A stretch of DNA of 64,000 nucleotides from Octopus sinensis (taxonomy: Eukaryota), in NCBI RefSeq assembly GCF_006345805.1, contig NC_042997.1, positions 12,276,001 to 12,340,000 on the forward strand. Direction: 5' to 3'. A model generated the notes under the pieces. It had not been told where the DNA came from, ran no database searches, and worked only from the letters and a program-made list of their open reading frames with translations. Position numbers and translations under genes: made by a program. The first letter of the stretch is position 1. Each line of letters begins with the position of its first letter. Below, one piece after another: positions 29,129 through 41,590 of the stretch.

Positions 29129-30920
29129 CACTCACAGGAAATCCAATGAGGGTAAGTGAAATACTAAATGAGCAATTCAAGACTGTTTTCACTCCACCCC
29201 TTGGGCATTTCCAAATCAGCAAGCCAACTGACTTCTTTACCACTGCGGATATAAAATCAGAAGCAGCGATGATTGATTACATCAATATAAAGGAAGACGG
29301 TGTAATAAAGGCTATAGATGAAATGAAAACAAACTCAGCTACTGGCCCCGATGGATTCCCGGCAATCCTTCTAAAAGTATGTAAGAGAGTCCTAGCAAGA
29401 CCACTGCAGTTCCTCTTTCAGAGCTTCCTTGCAACTGGCAAACTTCCAAGAAAACTGAAGGAGGGTAAAATATGCCCTAGTCATAAAGGAGGTAGCAGAG
29501 CGGAGGCCAAGAACTACAGACCTATCTCTCTGACCTCACACATCAGCAAGGTCATGGAACGAATAGTCAGAAGGAAACTAATCACCTTCCTTGAAGAAAA
29601 TGACTTGCTGCCTGACACCCAACATAGTTTCCGACCAGGAAGAAGTTGCTTAACTCAGCTCCTACAACACTATGACTGGGTGCTGAAACGACTGCTCAAC
29701 CACTCAAATGTGGAAGTGATATATCTCGACTTTGCAAAAGCCTTTGATAAAGTTGATTATGGAATGATATGTCACAAACTGCGTGATCTTGGCATAGTTG
29801 GAAAATTGGGAGAATGGCTTCATAGTGAGCGGTGTTCCGCAGGGTACTGTTTTGGGACCACTACTGTTCATAATGGCCCTCTCAGACATGCCCTCAGCCA
29901 CGCAGAGAGCCACGATCACAAGTTATGCAGATGATACAAAAATTTCACAGGCAATACAGAACCCTGAAGACACTAAGCACCTGCAATGTGAGCTGGACAA
30001 AATATACAAGTGGGCTGAAAAGAATAGCATGCAGTTCAATGCTGAAAAGTTTCAAGCTTTATGCTATCAGCATGCAAAACTAAATGCAATACCCAATGAA
30101 TACACTGGACCTGGAGGGATTGCAATCCCAGAGGCACAATCAGTGCGTGACCTGGGTATTTACATGAGTGATGACGCAACCTTTCATGTACATGTTGCTA
30201 AATTGGCAATGAAATGTAGACGGCTGGCCGGATGGATTCTTAGAACCTTTAGAACAAGGGACCAAGAAACCATGATGGTCCTCTGGATGACACTTGTCCT
30301 AAGCCACTTTGACTACTGCTCTCAGCTATGCTCACCATCCAGTGTCAAGTTGATCACAGAACTTGAGGCGATCCAACGAAGCTACACGAAGAAGATAGCC
30401 TCTGTGCAGCATATAAGCTACTGTGAAAGACTCAAGAGATTAAAACTCTATTCCTTGGAGCGTAGGCGAGAAAGATATGCCATAATATACATCTGGAAGA
30501 TCCTGGAAGGACTTGTCCCAAACTTTGGCATCGAGAGTTACACAAATGCCAGAACTGGGCGCCACTGCGTGGTGCCAAGGACTCCAAATTTGTCATCAAG
30601 ATGTAGGACAAGATACTGTGATAGCCTGGGCTTCAGAGGCCCACAGCTCTTCAATATCCTCCCGAAGAACCTGAGGGACTTGCATGGGGTGGATGCGGAT
30701 GTCTTTAAAGTAGGACTGGATCTCTTCCTGTCAGGTGTCCCGGATGAACCAACTTCACGGCAGGAGGTGCAGATGAGGGCAGCTGCATCGAACTCTCTCA
30801 TGCACCAAATGGCAGTTGCTAAAAAGCATTCGTGAAGTAAAATCATGTAGCAACACCAAATGGCGGTGCCCCAGCATGGCCACAGCTCGTGAGCTGAAAC
30901 TAGATAAAATAAAAAAAAAT
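29125..30920 (+). mobile_element. 5'-truncated CR1-group LINE (family 1), RT domain and C-terminus, with a small internal deletion
   Basis: ORFs 29146-29934 and 29798-30835: GPDGFP, NYRPISLTSHISKVMERIV, YLDFAKAFDKV, SGVPQGTVLGPLLF, SYADDTK, RDLGI, LERRRERY. About 20 codons are missing at catagt|gagcggtgtt, causing a frameshift. The 3' tail ends ...gagctgaaactagataaaataaaa. (TA)n on both sides. Confidence 0.92.
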
Positions 30921-30937
30921 AATATATATATATATAA

Positions 30938-31145
30938 AGTTAATCCAGACATGAAAACACAAAGAGAAAACACAACGCGAGGACGTGGAACAAATATAGC
31001 ATTATTGGACGCCCAGGAAGGAAGGGAAGAAGGAGGGTTTTACGTTGCGAGCGGAGCTCTTCGTCAGAAACATAGGAAAAGGAAAGATCCAGAGAACAAA
31101 AGACGGAGGAAAAAAATCGCCAACGGTACACACGCGGTGTTGCCC
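30938..31145 (-). mobile_element. Probable Penelope-like terminal repeat fragment with a point-mutated minimal hammerhead (31038-31070)
   Basis: Minus strand: ttt CTGACGA a gagc tcc gctc GCAAC GTA aaa. One substitution (GAAA to GCAA) from a canonical minimal type I motif. Confidence 0.55.
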
Positions 31146-31639
31146 GATTACATTCAATTGAAGAATTAGACTTTTCTGTTATATTTTCTGTAATGAACTG
31201 GAATATCTATGTTTCGAATTTCATAAAAATTCCAGATGAGGGTTATTTCCCTCTTTACACACCCTAAAAAATTTGTAATCGTGCCACATGTATCCCATAC
31301 TACTGATTTTTATGCGCATATTCCAAAATTGCAGTCTTATTGAACTTGTTAAAAAGATTTTGCTCCTAAAAAATGAAGGTCATGGAGCTCTAAAATGTGA
31401 GAGTTAAGGCCCCTGTTGGGGTGGGAATCTTAATGTCAACCAGAGAAGTTGAATTGTTGAAAATCTTTTTACCTTGAGTCTTATATCTATTGTTTGAATT
31501 ACTTTGAAATAGGAAATATATGTTCACTGGGTTTGTAAAAGAGAGCAAAGCTACAGGAAACCAAAAGACGCATGATCACAATAAGCAGTCAGTTACCCAA
31601 CCAGAGTCGTTACTTGAAGTACCGGTTCAAGAACTATGT

Positions 31640-31681
<42 letters not shown>

Positions 31682-31794
31682 CATATATGTATATATATAT
31701 GTATACACACACACACATACACAAACAGACACACACGAAGATAAATTGTTAGATACAACAAAAGTATGAAACACTTCGTACTGCTTTTTTATAT

Positions 31795-32108
31795 TTTGAT
31801 AAGCCTGGTACTTATTCTATCAGTTTCTTCTTGTGAAACCAGTAGGTTATGGGGATGTAAATAAACGAATACCAGTTGTGAAGCAGTGATGAGGGAGAAA
31901 CACGAAGACACACACATAGACTTACATATATGCATACATATACATACAATTGATTTCTTTCAGTTTCTGTCTACAAATTCCACTGACCAGGCTTTGGTTG
32001 GTCTCAGGCTATAGCAGAGGACACATGCCAAGCTACCACACAGTGGGACTGAACTTAGGACCATGTGTTTTGGAACCAAGTTTGTTACCACACAGCCACA
32101 CCTGCACT
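31795..32108 (-). mobile_element. SINE family A, diverged
   Basis: Recognisable head (31955-32108) and body (31795-31900). Confidence 0.75.
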
Positions 32109-32254
32109 TATGTATGTGTGTGTGTGTATGTGTGTATGGGTGTATATATGTATGCATATATATACGTGTATATATAAGTGTACATATTATATGTACATCT
32201 ATACATATACAGATATACAGATACATGTATACATATACATCTATATATATACAC

Positions 32255-32314
<60 letters not shown>

Positions 32315-32394
32315 GTATATACATCCATATACATACAATAGAGAGATGTTTTTGTTTCACTTTTAACACGTAAGACTGAAATAGTGGAGAAAAT

Positions 32395-32578
32395 ATGATA
32401 TTGCTATGGGCTCGCCCGAGGAAAGAAGTTAGAAATGTTTTGCCCATGACACTACATGGACCCTAAGTAAGGCATGTGTAAAATCTGAATGAAATTGGTT
32501 GTGTAGTTCTCAAGTTTTAGGGAAACACACAGACAGACAGGCAGACACACATTCTCAGTGTTGTGTATATATATATAT
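32395..32578 (+). mobile_element. Helentron-type non-autonomous element, 3' portion
   Basis: aaaatctgaatgaaattggttgtgtagttctcaagtttt...cacagacagacaggcagacacacattctcag + (TA)n, a typical HINE 3' end with GACA microsatellite (from memory). Confidence 0.55.
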
Positions 32579-32957
32579 ATATATTTATGCATACACACAC
32601 ATACATGCATATATATTTGGAATTTACAAAAGAAACGTACAAAAGACGAAGACTGTTGTGTAAACAGCAAACAGGTTTATTAGTTTAACGCTCCGGATTT
32701 AGGAACATTTATATAGGGATTACTACTCATTTTAAAAATAGATGTAGGGGACACAAGAATTCATTTATTCACCCCTATATAAAAAATTCCACGATATTAG
32801 CATCATACACTAACCACCTCATACATTCTAACATTGAGTATAATTAACGATGATCGATAACTACTGAATCAGCACCATAGAACACATATACTAAATCGTA
32901 TAGGCTTTGCATGAAGTTATCGAGTAGCATACTATACGCTAGTAATAGAAATAAAGA

Positions 32958-35315
32958 CATTTTCTTTATTAGGCACTCAGGCCACTAACACAGAGGGGAC
33001 ACTACAAGGACAAACACAACATCACAGTGGGGACAAAACCACAAAACGAATGAGTATGAATATTATATAATAATGAAAGATGAATAGCTGCATGGGCCCC
33101 ACTTCTCATGCAGTACTATTTGAACATGTGTACGCACAGTCACCATCTATTGATTTTTCTTTCCTTAATTATGTTTTTTTCCAAAACTTTTTCCTTCTTT
33201 TTTTTTAAAGAAAACAATTAATTTTACTTTTATTCCTCTTTAACGCCTCATGTAAGGCTCCAGTTCTAACAGGTCGATTACTGGTGGCAGCTCATTGAAC
33301 TGTGCTCCAGCTGGGTCAATTTTACTTCCGCATATGTCTCTCAGTTTCTTATAGGTTTCCCTATCGACCACAATGGCCTTCACACTCTCTGGGTACACGT
33401 CGTTTGGTAACTTTACCCTTATAATGTGCTTAAACTTTACGATTTTTTTCTCCACCTCCTCGTTCTTGGAATAGGTCACGAAATTCCATTTGTAACTCCC
33501 TCCTCTCGGCTTTCTCTTTTCTTCCTCCACTATCCTTCCTATTATAGATTCCTCGATACTCTTCTCTGAGTTTAGGACCTTCTCTTTCTCCGTCTCTACT
33601 GTAACCAGTTTCTCCGTTTTGTCCTCTTATAGTTGAATTCCTGAGTCTTCCGTCAATTTACCTCACACATCGTCTCAATTATTTCTTCCCTTTCCTTTTC
33701 CGTCTCACTTTTATCATCTTCCTTTCTCGTTACCTCTTTCTTTTCCATCTCTTCTTTCTCCTTTTTCTGATTAGTCGGTGGTGGGCTTACCCTACCGCTC
33801 CTCCTTCTTTTTCTTTCCACTAGTGTGAATTCTTCCACCGCTGTTGTCTCATTATTCTCACCTGTTACTGCCTGTTCGACCATTTCCGTAGTCTCTCTCT
33901 GTTCTTTTCATGGGCATCTCGCCTTCATGTGTCCTTTTTCGCTACATTCGTAACACACAGGCGATCTTCCCTCTACCTTCATTCTTAGTGCAAAACCGTC
34001 AGGTAACACTATCTCCTCTGTTATTCTATTCAGGACTTCCACTGTTGTTAGCTCCAACCCATAGCCCCAGTAGTCCAACTTGTTCGTTCTGGTGGCCTTC
34101 AGTATTCTGGCCTCGTCTTCCATGTTGTACATAATGGCCGTCATTAGCCATGCTTCTTCCAACTCAGGGGGCACTTGGCCTAGCCGAACTCTCACCACAC
34201 GTTTGCCGCAATTGGATTGCAGAAGAATCCACTCTTCTGAGCGGATTGCCTCCGTCGCATGCCTCACCGCTTCCTCTTCCGATGTGAAACGCACATCTAC
34301 AGTGGCATATTTTCTGCCGCTTGCTCGGAATGTTATTACGTTTTTCATATTTTCCAGCACCTTCTCAATCTCCTCCACAGTTGCTATCTCGAATCTCCCT
34401 GTGGCAACCTTCATGGTCTTGTAGATCCTCGTCTTCTTCCTAACGTTGTTCATTAGTTCCTCGGGTGGCGTCAGCCTTATCTTTCCGCCTTCCTTTTTCA
34501 GCAGCTTCTCACTAGCCTTCATCTTCCTGGGTTCTACCTTTATTTCAAAGGTATCTAATGCGTCCTTCCCTGCTCCTCTTCCAGTTGCGGTTGCATAGCT
34601 GTGGCCGCCCTCTGGCGCCTTCTCTATTTTGGCGTCTGAAGAACAATAACACTACGTTCAAGCTCGAATGGTCCATTTTGTCGGTGTCCTTCCCGTTTGA
34701 TAAAGGCAGAAAATTTTGTGGCATCTGTAATTCCGAACTTTTTCATATTTTGTTCGCCAAAGGACCTTTAATAAACACATTCGTCGAAAGATCCTACAGG
34801 TGCTTACACTGGAAAAGACACACCTTTCATTCATATAAATAGTGACTAATATAGATAACCCCTCGAATTCCCAAAAAATTTTTTTGCTATATTTCACCCC
34901 AATAGTCAAAAAAGATTTTTTTATATTCCCAATTACTACTATCCATTCTTGCATTGCCTCTCACCTCGCTCGATTCTTTCTCCCTTTCGCTATCTACTTT
35001 CCTTTCCCTACAGTAAACATAATCGAACACACAGATACAGACCTTTCAACTCACAGCTGTCAGTTTTCTGACTTCTACCCATTCACAAACACAATCACGC
35101 ATTCAGACACACACATACACACATTAAGACAGTTATATACAGTCACACACACAGGTACTCATTCACAAATGAAATCATTTAAACCCACCATTCTTCTGAC
35201 CTGCACTCTCTCACCTTACTATTCTTATGCCTACCTCCTCCTACTTCGTTTGAACTCTTGAACCTTTAGAAACTTCTAGATTCTTCTACATTCAGCCACT
35301 CTGACGTCACTCATT
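32958..35315 (-). mobile_element. ORF1-only L1/Tx1-like retroelement (decayed ORF1 + 3' tail, no ORF2)
   Basis: Long 5' region, then reading frame ~34650-33240 (SYATATG...VRVRLGQVPPE...VEGRSPVCYECSEKGHMKARCP; two in-frame stops, one frameshift), then ~280 nt to gcctaataaagaaaa. Possible 7-bp TSD ataaaga (32951-32957 and 35316-35322). Confidence 0.7.
33240..34650 (-). pseudogene. LINE ORF1-like protein with CCHC zinc knuckle (decayed)
   Basis: ORF-track pieces 33908-34522, 33653-33883 (in frame after a TGA) and 33240-33530 join into one ~470-codon frame. CX2CX4HX4C at CYECSEKGHMKARC. Confidence 0.75.
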
Positions 35316-35404
35316 ATAAAGAGACACTCATTATCGCCATGGGCTCCTCGAGAGCGGTCAGCTAAAAGTTTTTGTGCATTTTGATGTCGACATAAGTTTC
35401 CTTG

Positions 35405-35489
35405 ATTTTCCTGAAGAGAAATCTGCATAATGTACTCCTTATTCCTTCGGAATTAGGAATATGCAGCCTTCGAAACATATGTCGAAAAT
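35405..35489 (+). ncRNA. Type I hammerhead ribozyme, intact core, 54-nt helix II
   Basis: attttc CTGAAGA gaa-at-ctgcata...tatgcag-cc-ttc GAAAC atat GTC gaaaat. 6-bp helix I, palindromic helix III ACATATGT, predicted cleavage after C35483, AATAAA immediately downstream. Confidence 0.8.
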
Positions 35490-35593
35490 AAAGGATATTT
35501 GTTAAATAGTCGTTCAACTCCTTTCTTTCATATACTTATAATTTTAAAATAAACATACAAATTCCCGCACGAAGACACGTAGTCTATGCCCTA

Positions 35594-35692
35594 GCGACGT
35601 AGCTTCAACCGTGTTCTTTCTGATGTGAATTTGCTACCCAGGTATCGGTTATCTTTCGAATTATCCTTAATAAGATAATTCATTCAATTACT
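35594..35692 (+). repeat. ~100-bp interspersed repeat (second copy 61178-61283), both followed by (TA)n
   Basis: Shared tcaaccgtgtt.tttctg.tgtga.tttgctacccaggtatcggtta...aagataattcatt. Confidence 0.7.
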
Positions 35693-35763
35693 CATATATA
35701 TATATAATTTGTATACATTTGTATATATAATGCGTGCGCGCACACACACACACACACAAACAC

Positions 35764-35801
<38 letters not shown>

Positions 35802-36069
35802 ATATATATATATATAATGTGTGCATTATGTGGTCGGTCGGTTCAACTGAAAATATGCACACCTATGTTAAAAGTGCTGGCAAGTTTTCATGACAACTAT
35901 TTTTTTCCTCAAATGAAAGGCGTCTCCTCAAGGACAAAATTCCACATCTTATAAAATGTGGCCCCAGTAGACCCGAATGAAATCGGGTTATATTAATCAA
36001 AATGTGAAAAGGGGTCTAAATGGGGCTGGAAGAGGATTAAACTTTAGAGGAGCGAGTGTTTAGGAATTC

Positions 36070-36355
36070 TCTGTTACATCAAGCTAAAAAATTTGCGCCA
36101 GCCTTTTAATCGTCAATGTGTTGCCGTCCATGATGAAGAAGTTTTGAATGCTTGCCATGGTGAGTCTACTGTCGTGAGAAAGAATCACTTCAAAACTTGG
36201 TGTTTACGAATTTTCTTTAACATCAAGTTCAAAATTTTACGCCAGCCGTTAAACTGTTAATACGTTGCTGTCCATCGTTAAGAAATGCTAGCCATGGTGA
36301 CTCTACTATCCTCAGATTCTATCCCTTCAAACTTTGGTTTCCAATATTTTATTAT
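36070..36355. repeat. Diverged 144-bp tandem dimer
   Basis: acatcaag at 36076 and 36220, with colinear cgccagcc, gtccat, gccatggtga.tctact and cttcaaa in both units. Confidence 0.7.
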
Positions 36356-36630
36356 TTTTATTCAGCTCGCAAGTTCGTCTGTCCCTTTTAAATGTTAGCG
36401 TTTTGCTGTCTGCCTTGAAGCAGACCTTTCCGTTGCCACTGCCTGATATTTATGATTGATCTTTCTAAATATTTCATTTCTCAACTTACTCAAGATCTTT
36501 TGTTGTTTATAAATGGGAGAGAGATAGATAAAGATAGAGAGTAAGAGAAAGCGAGGGAGAGTCCGAGAGAAAAGAAAAGTAAGAGAGTGGGGAAAGTGAG
36601 AGAGAAAGGAGAGAGAAACAAAGAGGAGAA

Positions 36631-36941
36631 TCATCATCATCATCATCGTTTAACGTCCATTTTCCGTGCTAGCACGGGTTGAACAGTTTGACCGGGGTCT
36701 GGGAAGCCAGGAGGCTGCACCAGGCTCCAGTCTGATCTGGCAGTGTTTCTACAGGTGGATGACCTTCCTAACGCCAACCACTCTGTGAGTGCAGTGGGTG
36801 TCTTTTTCGTGCCGCCGGCACAGGTGCCAGGAGAGCTCGCAGCGGCCACGATCGGTTGGTGCTTTTTGCGTGCCACCGGCACAGAAGCCAGTCAAGGCGG
36901 CGCTGCAATCGGCCACGTTCGGATGGTGCTTTTTACGTGCT
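36631..36941 (-). mobile_element. SINE/RTE-type 3' fragment with (GAT)n tail and three internal ~60-bp subrepeats
   Basis: Minus strand ends ...gctagcacggaaaatggacgttaaacgatgatgat. Contains ggcgttaggaaggtcatccacctgtagaaac. ggtg.ttttt.cgtgcc.ccggcac recurs near 36797, 36857 and 36924. Confidence 0.6.
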
Positions 36942-37008
36942 GAAAGGAAGCAACAGAAAGTAACAACCACACTCTTACCCGCGCGTAGAGCGGGTCACCT
37001 TCAGCTAG

Positions 37009-37070
<62 letters not shown>

Positions 37071-38029
37071 GCTGTATAATTTTGCATCTACATGATTTTG
37101 TACTTTTAGGAGACTACTAAAATATTAGTCGTTTTCTATTCCATAACGCTAGTGGGTACATCGAAATATATTCCAAAATATATTTATATACTTCAGCATT
37201 AACAACTCCCGCATAAAGAGCATATATTATACGTAACGACATTTGAGTATGCATGACACTTAAGGGGAAAATTCTATAAAATATATAGGTTAGAATCGTT
37301 GTTCATTTCAATTATAACAACCTACCTAATTCGTAACGCATCGTTATCTAAACACACATATGGAACTAAAGCATGGCAAGAAGCATTTCCATTACTGATT
37401 GTACAACCGTTTTAAAGCCATATTCAGACTCAATCAGAAAGATCATTAAACAATATATCGCAAATCTCTACATTTTGAAGAACATTTACTATCAACGTTA
37501 CGCGCTTCTGCAGAGTTTCCATTTACCATAGTCCATCCACAAGATATGGATCAAACTAGGGTACAAAATATTACATTTGCGCAAAATGCCATCAGTGAGA
37601 TCGTATCAGAGACCTTATGGTAACAACATTTGTGATACTAATATGGAAATTTAGATAATCGAATAACATCTTTAACAATATGTTTAGGAGCTCTATACAA
37701 CCTTACATGCTTACATTTGTTTTTATCAGAAGCGTTCGAATGTGTTTTGTACGATACCATCAAGAATGTGATTTTTTTCGAACGTAACATTGCCGTTAGA
37801 ACAGCAGAAGTAATGGGTAAATCACCCTTACAAAGCGGAAAAAGTTGTCAATAAACAACCATTGCAGTCGAACCTACATTTCCTAAGACACCGGTTGGGT
37901 GATTTAACATTAAGCTAAACTGCCCGCTAACAACTTATCCACCAATTTTAGACGCTAAATAACTTATTGACCAACCACGTGTGTATACATATATATAAAA
38001 AAAACTTACATTTATTTCTGTTTCATTTA

Positions 38030-38340
38030 TTAGATCGCAGTCATACTGGGGCACCGCCTTGATGAATCTTCGTCGAAGGAATCGACCTCAGAATGTTTTG
38101 AAGCCTTGTATTTGTTCTAACAGTCTTTAACTGAATCGCTAAGGTATAAGAATGCAAGCACACGGGTTGGAAAGCGGTATGGTGTACTAACACACACACA
38201 GATACATAAGACAGGAATCTTTCGGTCAGGTGAAATGTCATAGTAAAAGATACTTGCTCTAGGTTCTATGTAATAGTAGTGAACCCGTGGGTATATGGCT
38301 GTGAAACTAACTTCATACCACACAGCCATGACTGCGCCTA
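38030..38340 (-). mobile_element. SINE family A, strongly diverged
   Basis: Tail cagtcatactggggcaccgcc and head end ccacacagccatgactgcgccta are recognisable. Confidence 0.6.
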
Positions 38341-38344
38341 TATA

Positions 38345-38845
38345 TATAGTCCATCCACTACTAGGGTAGTTCTTGTAGTGATGGTGGTGGAGGATAACGA
38401 CTCCTTACTTGCTTTTCTAAAATGTACCATAAATGTTCAATAATATTGAGATCTAGATACTGTGGTAGCCAGATAAGATGTTCAACTTTACTAGAATGTT
38501 GCTCATGCCATTCAGTAACAATTTTAGCTGTGTGAATTGGTGCATTATTATCCTGAAAGACTGCGTTTTCCCCCGGAAAGAGTTCCGCAACCATAAGATG
38601 AATATGATCAAATAAAATGCTTAAATAGTCTTGACTATTAATTCTGCCATGAAGGGAAACCATTGGGTCGGCGGATTTTCAAGATATAGCCCCCAGATCA
38701 CCACAGACCCTCCTCCATGTTTAAGAGTTGGAAGAAGGCAGCTTCTTTTGACTGTTTCCACGTGTATACTCGGCCGGTGGTCGGATATAAGGTAAAGGAT
38801 GACTCGTCCAAGAAAATAACATTCTTCTACATTAAATTTGTATTT
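38345..38845 (-). pseudogene. Tc1 (DD34E) transposase catalytic-domain relic
   Basis: Across frameshifts: KNVIFLDESSFTL, PTLKHGGGSVVIWG, VFQDNNAPIH, WLPQYLDLNIIEHLW. Confidence 0.85.
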
Positions 38846-38849
38846 AAGC

Positions 38850-39749
38850 AAAAGTTATCTGATACGGGGGACTGGAAGTCATTTGAATATTCGAAGAGGA
38901 TTTACGTGTATTATGATGATTCACGCCGGATATCAAAATGCTGACATCATGACTGTTGTTCAATGCTCTATGAATACTTCAAAGTTTGTAAGACGTGACA
39001 CAGAGAGCGGCAATGAAGACTGTGAATCCCTGGACAACGGGAACGTATACAGCATGCGTTCTGACTGCGTCCCCATGCCGAGTTGCATCTAACAATTTCA
39101 GGACAAGTGGTTTGAACATACGATCAAGAGATTCTAGGCTTTAACGAGAGAGATGAGTGTTGGAGTCGCCATTAAGAAGCTGGCTCTGAATGAGGACCTT
39201 CGCTATCATTTGCATAAGAGGTGCAAGTGACAAATTCTGACAGACAAGGTCAAAGACAACCAGACAGCTATGTAAAGCTACTGGAGAATGAGGAGAATAC
39301 CCGGCTGGAAAGGTTTGCTGCATGAAAGCCATATGTGTGGCAACAAACTTTGGCTCCTTGTCATACCTCCGGAACGGGAAATGATTGCCGGAAAATTTCT
39401 ACTACCTCACCAACCCCAATTACTGGCCTCCTAATATCCACGATTTTAATCACATGGATTACCATGTGTGTGGCGTGGTTGAGATAGACACCAATTGCTC
39501 TGTCTACATCAAGTCCGAGTAGGTGGCCAAGGTCAAGGAGACATTCGAAGATCTTCACATGGATACAGTGAAAAGCGCATGCGCCAAGATTCGTAGCTGT
39601 TTTGGGGGCATGGTGAGATCTGAGGACGGTTACTTTGAGTAAAGTGTTATATATACCCCAGTCAAATTTGGTTGATGTTGCTTGAATATTTTAAAACAAA
39701 CTTTCTTTTTGGATGGGATATAACGTGTCAAATTTAACCTGAACACCCT
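38850..39749 (+). mobile_element. maT/DD37D-like Tc1-mariner relic, internally deleted
   Basis: C-terminal frame from ~39265: YVKLLE...PYVWQQTLAPCHTS...ENF...YWPPNIHDFNHMDYHVCGVVE...GYFE*. Right TIR-like gtgtcaaatttaacctgaacaccct at 39725-39749. Confidence 0.7.
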
Positions 39750-41344
39750 TTTATTTCATTAGAAAATTTCGTATGTATTCTGTTTCTTCATAATTCTCTA
39801 ATATTTTATACGCATTTTAATTTAAAGCTTTCAAATGGTAATGAATACGAGAGAGGGAAGAGTAATACAGAATTATTACTATGAAACAAATCCTATACAA
39901 ATAAAGTTTCTACACTACTTCGTCTTTTGACCGTAATATTCAATCTGTCACAGTGACACTCGAAGTAATGGGTTTGACCAGCTGCTTAAGGGAGTTTTGC
40001 CCTGCGGTAAAGAAGCACCGATGAGGGGAGGTACGAATTCATTATTTGCAATCTGAACGTTGAGTCGAAGTTTTGAGGGAGTCTCATGAATATTGACAAA
40101 TGTGTTTTTGACTAAATATCATTCTGTGGACGTATAATTTTCTATTTAATTTTTTGAAAATGAACAAATGACTTTATACTATTTTATACAAAATTCCAAT
40201 CTCCTTGTGCATTTTTCAGTTTTTTAAAACTTAATTTCAAATACCAGCTTACATACAAGTACACACACACAGACACATTTACGTGTGTGTAAGAGTATGT
40301 GTAAATGTAAGCATTTATATATGTATTTGTGTGTGTATGCTTGTATATATGTATGTAAGTGTATTTGCATGTGTGTATGTTTACACATACATATGAAAAA
40401 ATAGTTAATAGAATAGAGTAATATTGCCATGAGGAGTGAAGTATCTGACGTTTTGGACAGCTTCTTGTCTGTTGATGGAGATTCTCTAAACCGCCTTTGT
40501 CGGCCGCTTTAAATGATCATGTCTTTTCATTTGCGAAGTTTCTCGAAGATGCCGGTTTCCGATGGAGAAGGTTTAATCTTTGCTGTTTGCTCAAACTAAA
40601 AACGCCAGTATTATAACCGCATATATTTTAAAAATTAAACAACAGAATAAGGTATGACCAGGATGGGTGTTCAATACGAATTGCACTTTGTTAAGTTTGT
40701 GAAATCGTCCTCCATTGGGTTTCATAGCTTGTTATTAAAACCCTAAAATTGAATCCGATGGAGGAAATACCCAGTATCAGGAATTATGCCGAGCTCTCTC
40801 AACCTATCTTGGAAGGAAAAATTTGGGCCTCTAATAAGAAGAGCATGTTCGGTGTTGCATAAAGGTAGATTTCTTGAGCTGTTGGACAACACAGTTGATG
40901 TGAGCTGCGTTGGTAAAAGAGGAAATAAATTTTGCGAGATTATTTATATATTTATTTGGAGTGATCAGACAATCATAAAGTTTCTCGATGTAGCACCGCG
41001 TTAGTAAAGATATAATGAATGACGCTGCGTTGCGGAGCAGATAGTGGCAAGAATAGAATGGTAGAGAGTTCTTTAGCGCACAAAAGTCAGATAGTGGCTC
41101 CAACGAGAACTTTTAAAACAGATGGGAAATTTGCGAGGAATTTGTCATTAATTTTAATTCCCATGTTCTTTCGCAAAATCGGTTTCAAAATATTTCTTAT
41201 AATCTCGCAGTAAATAGAATAGGGGATATATATTCTCCGTGCCTTTCACCTAATTCAAGTAGAATTTGTTCGAATTCTTGTGTAGCCTAGTGGACAATGT
41301 AGTCTGATGGTAGATGTTCTTAAGACACTTCACATATGATACAT

Positions 41345-41590
41345 CAAGAGTTCCCAAACGTTTTCGAGCTACCGCCCCTTTGGCACTCAGGCCTCATTTC
41401 TAGTGCGCCTTGCACTTACCACCACAAGCGTAGGACACTTTCTAGAGCAAATTGAAAACAACAGTAATTCACAAATAAGACTTAATCTAATTGTCCCATT
41501 ATCAATTTTTTTGGCCACCTCGTTATCACACCTCATTTCTGTAACACCGCCCCGCCAGTGGAGTGATACCGTTCACTTTTGGAGCCACCG
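41345..41590. mobile_element. hAT (Charlie-like) MITE relic
   Basis: Ends caagagttcccaaac and ttttggagccaccg resemble CAGTGGTTCCCAAA TIRs. No 8-bp TSD is visible. Confidence 0.45.

Noticed and set aside
37450-37622. 58-codon open frame ...FEEHLLSTLRASAEFPFTIVHPQDMDQTRVQNITFAQ..., faintly like an Ig-domain start
   Set aside because: No conserved Cys/Trp and no convincing splice sites; an open frame of this length is expected by chance.
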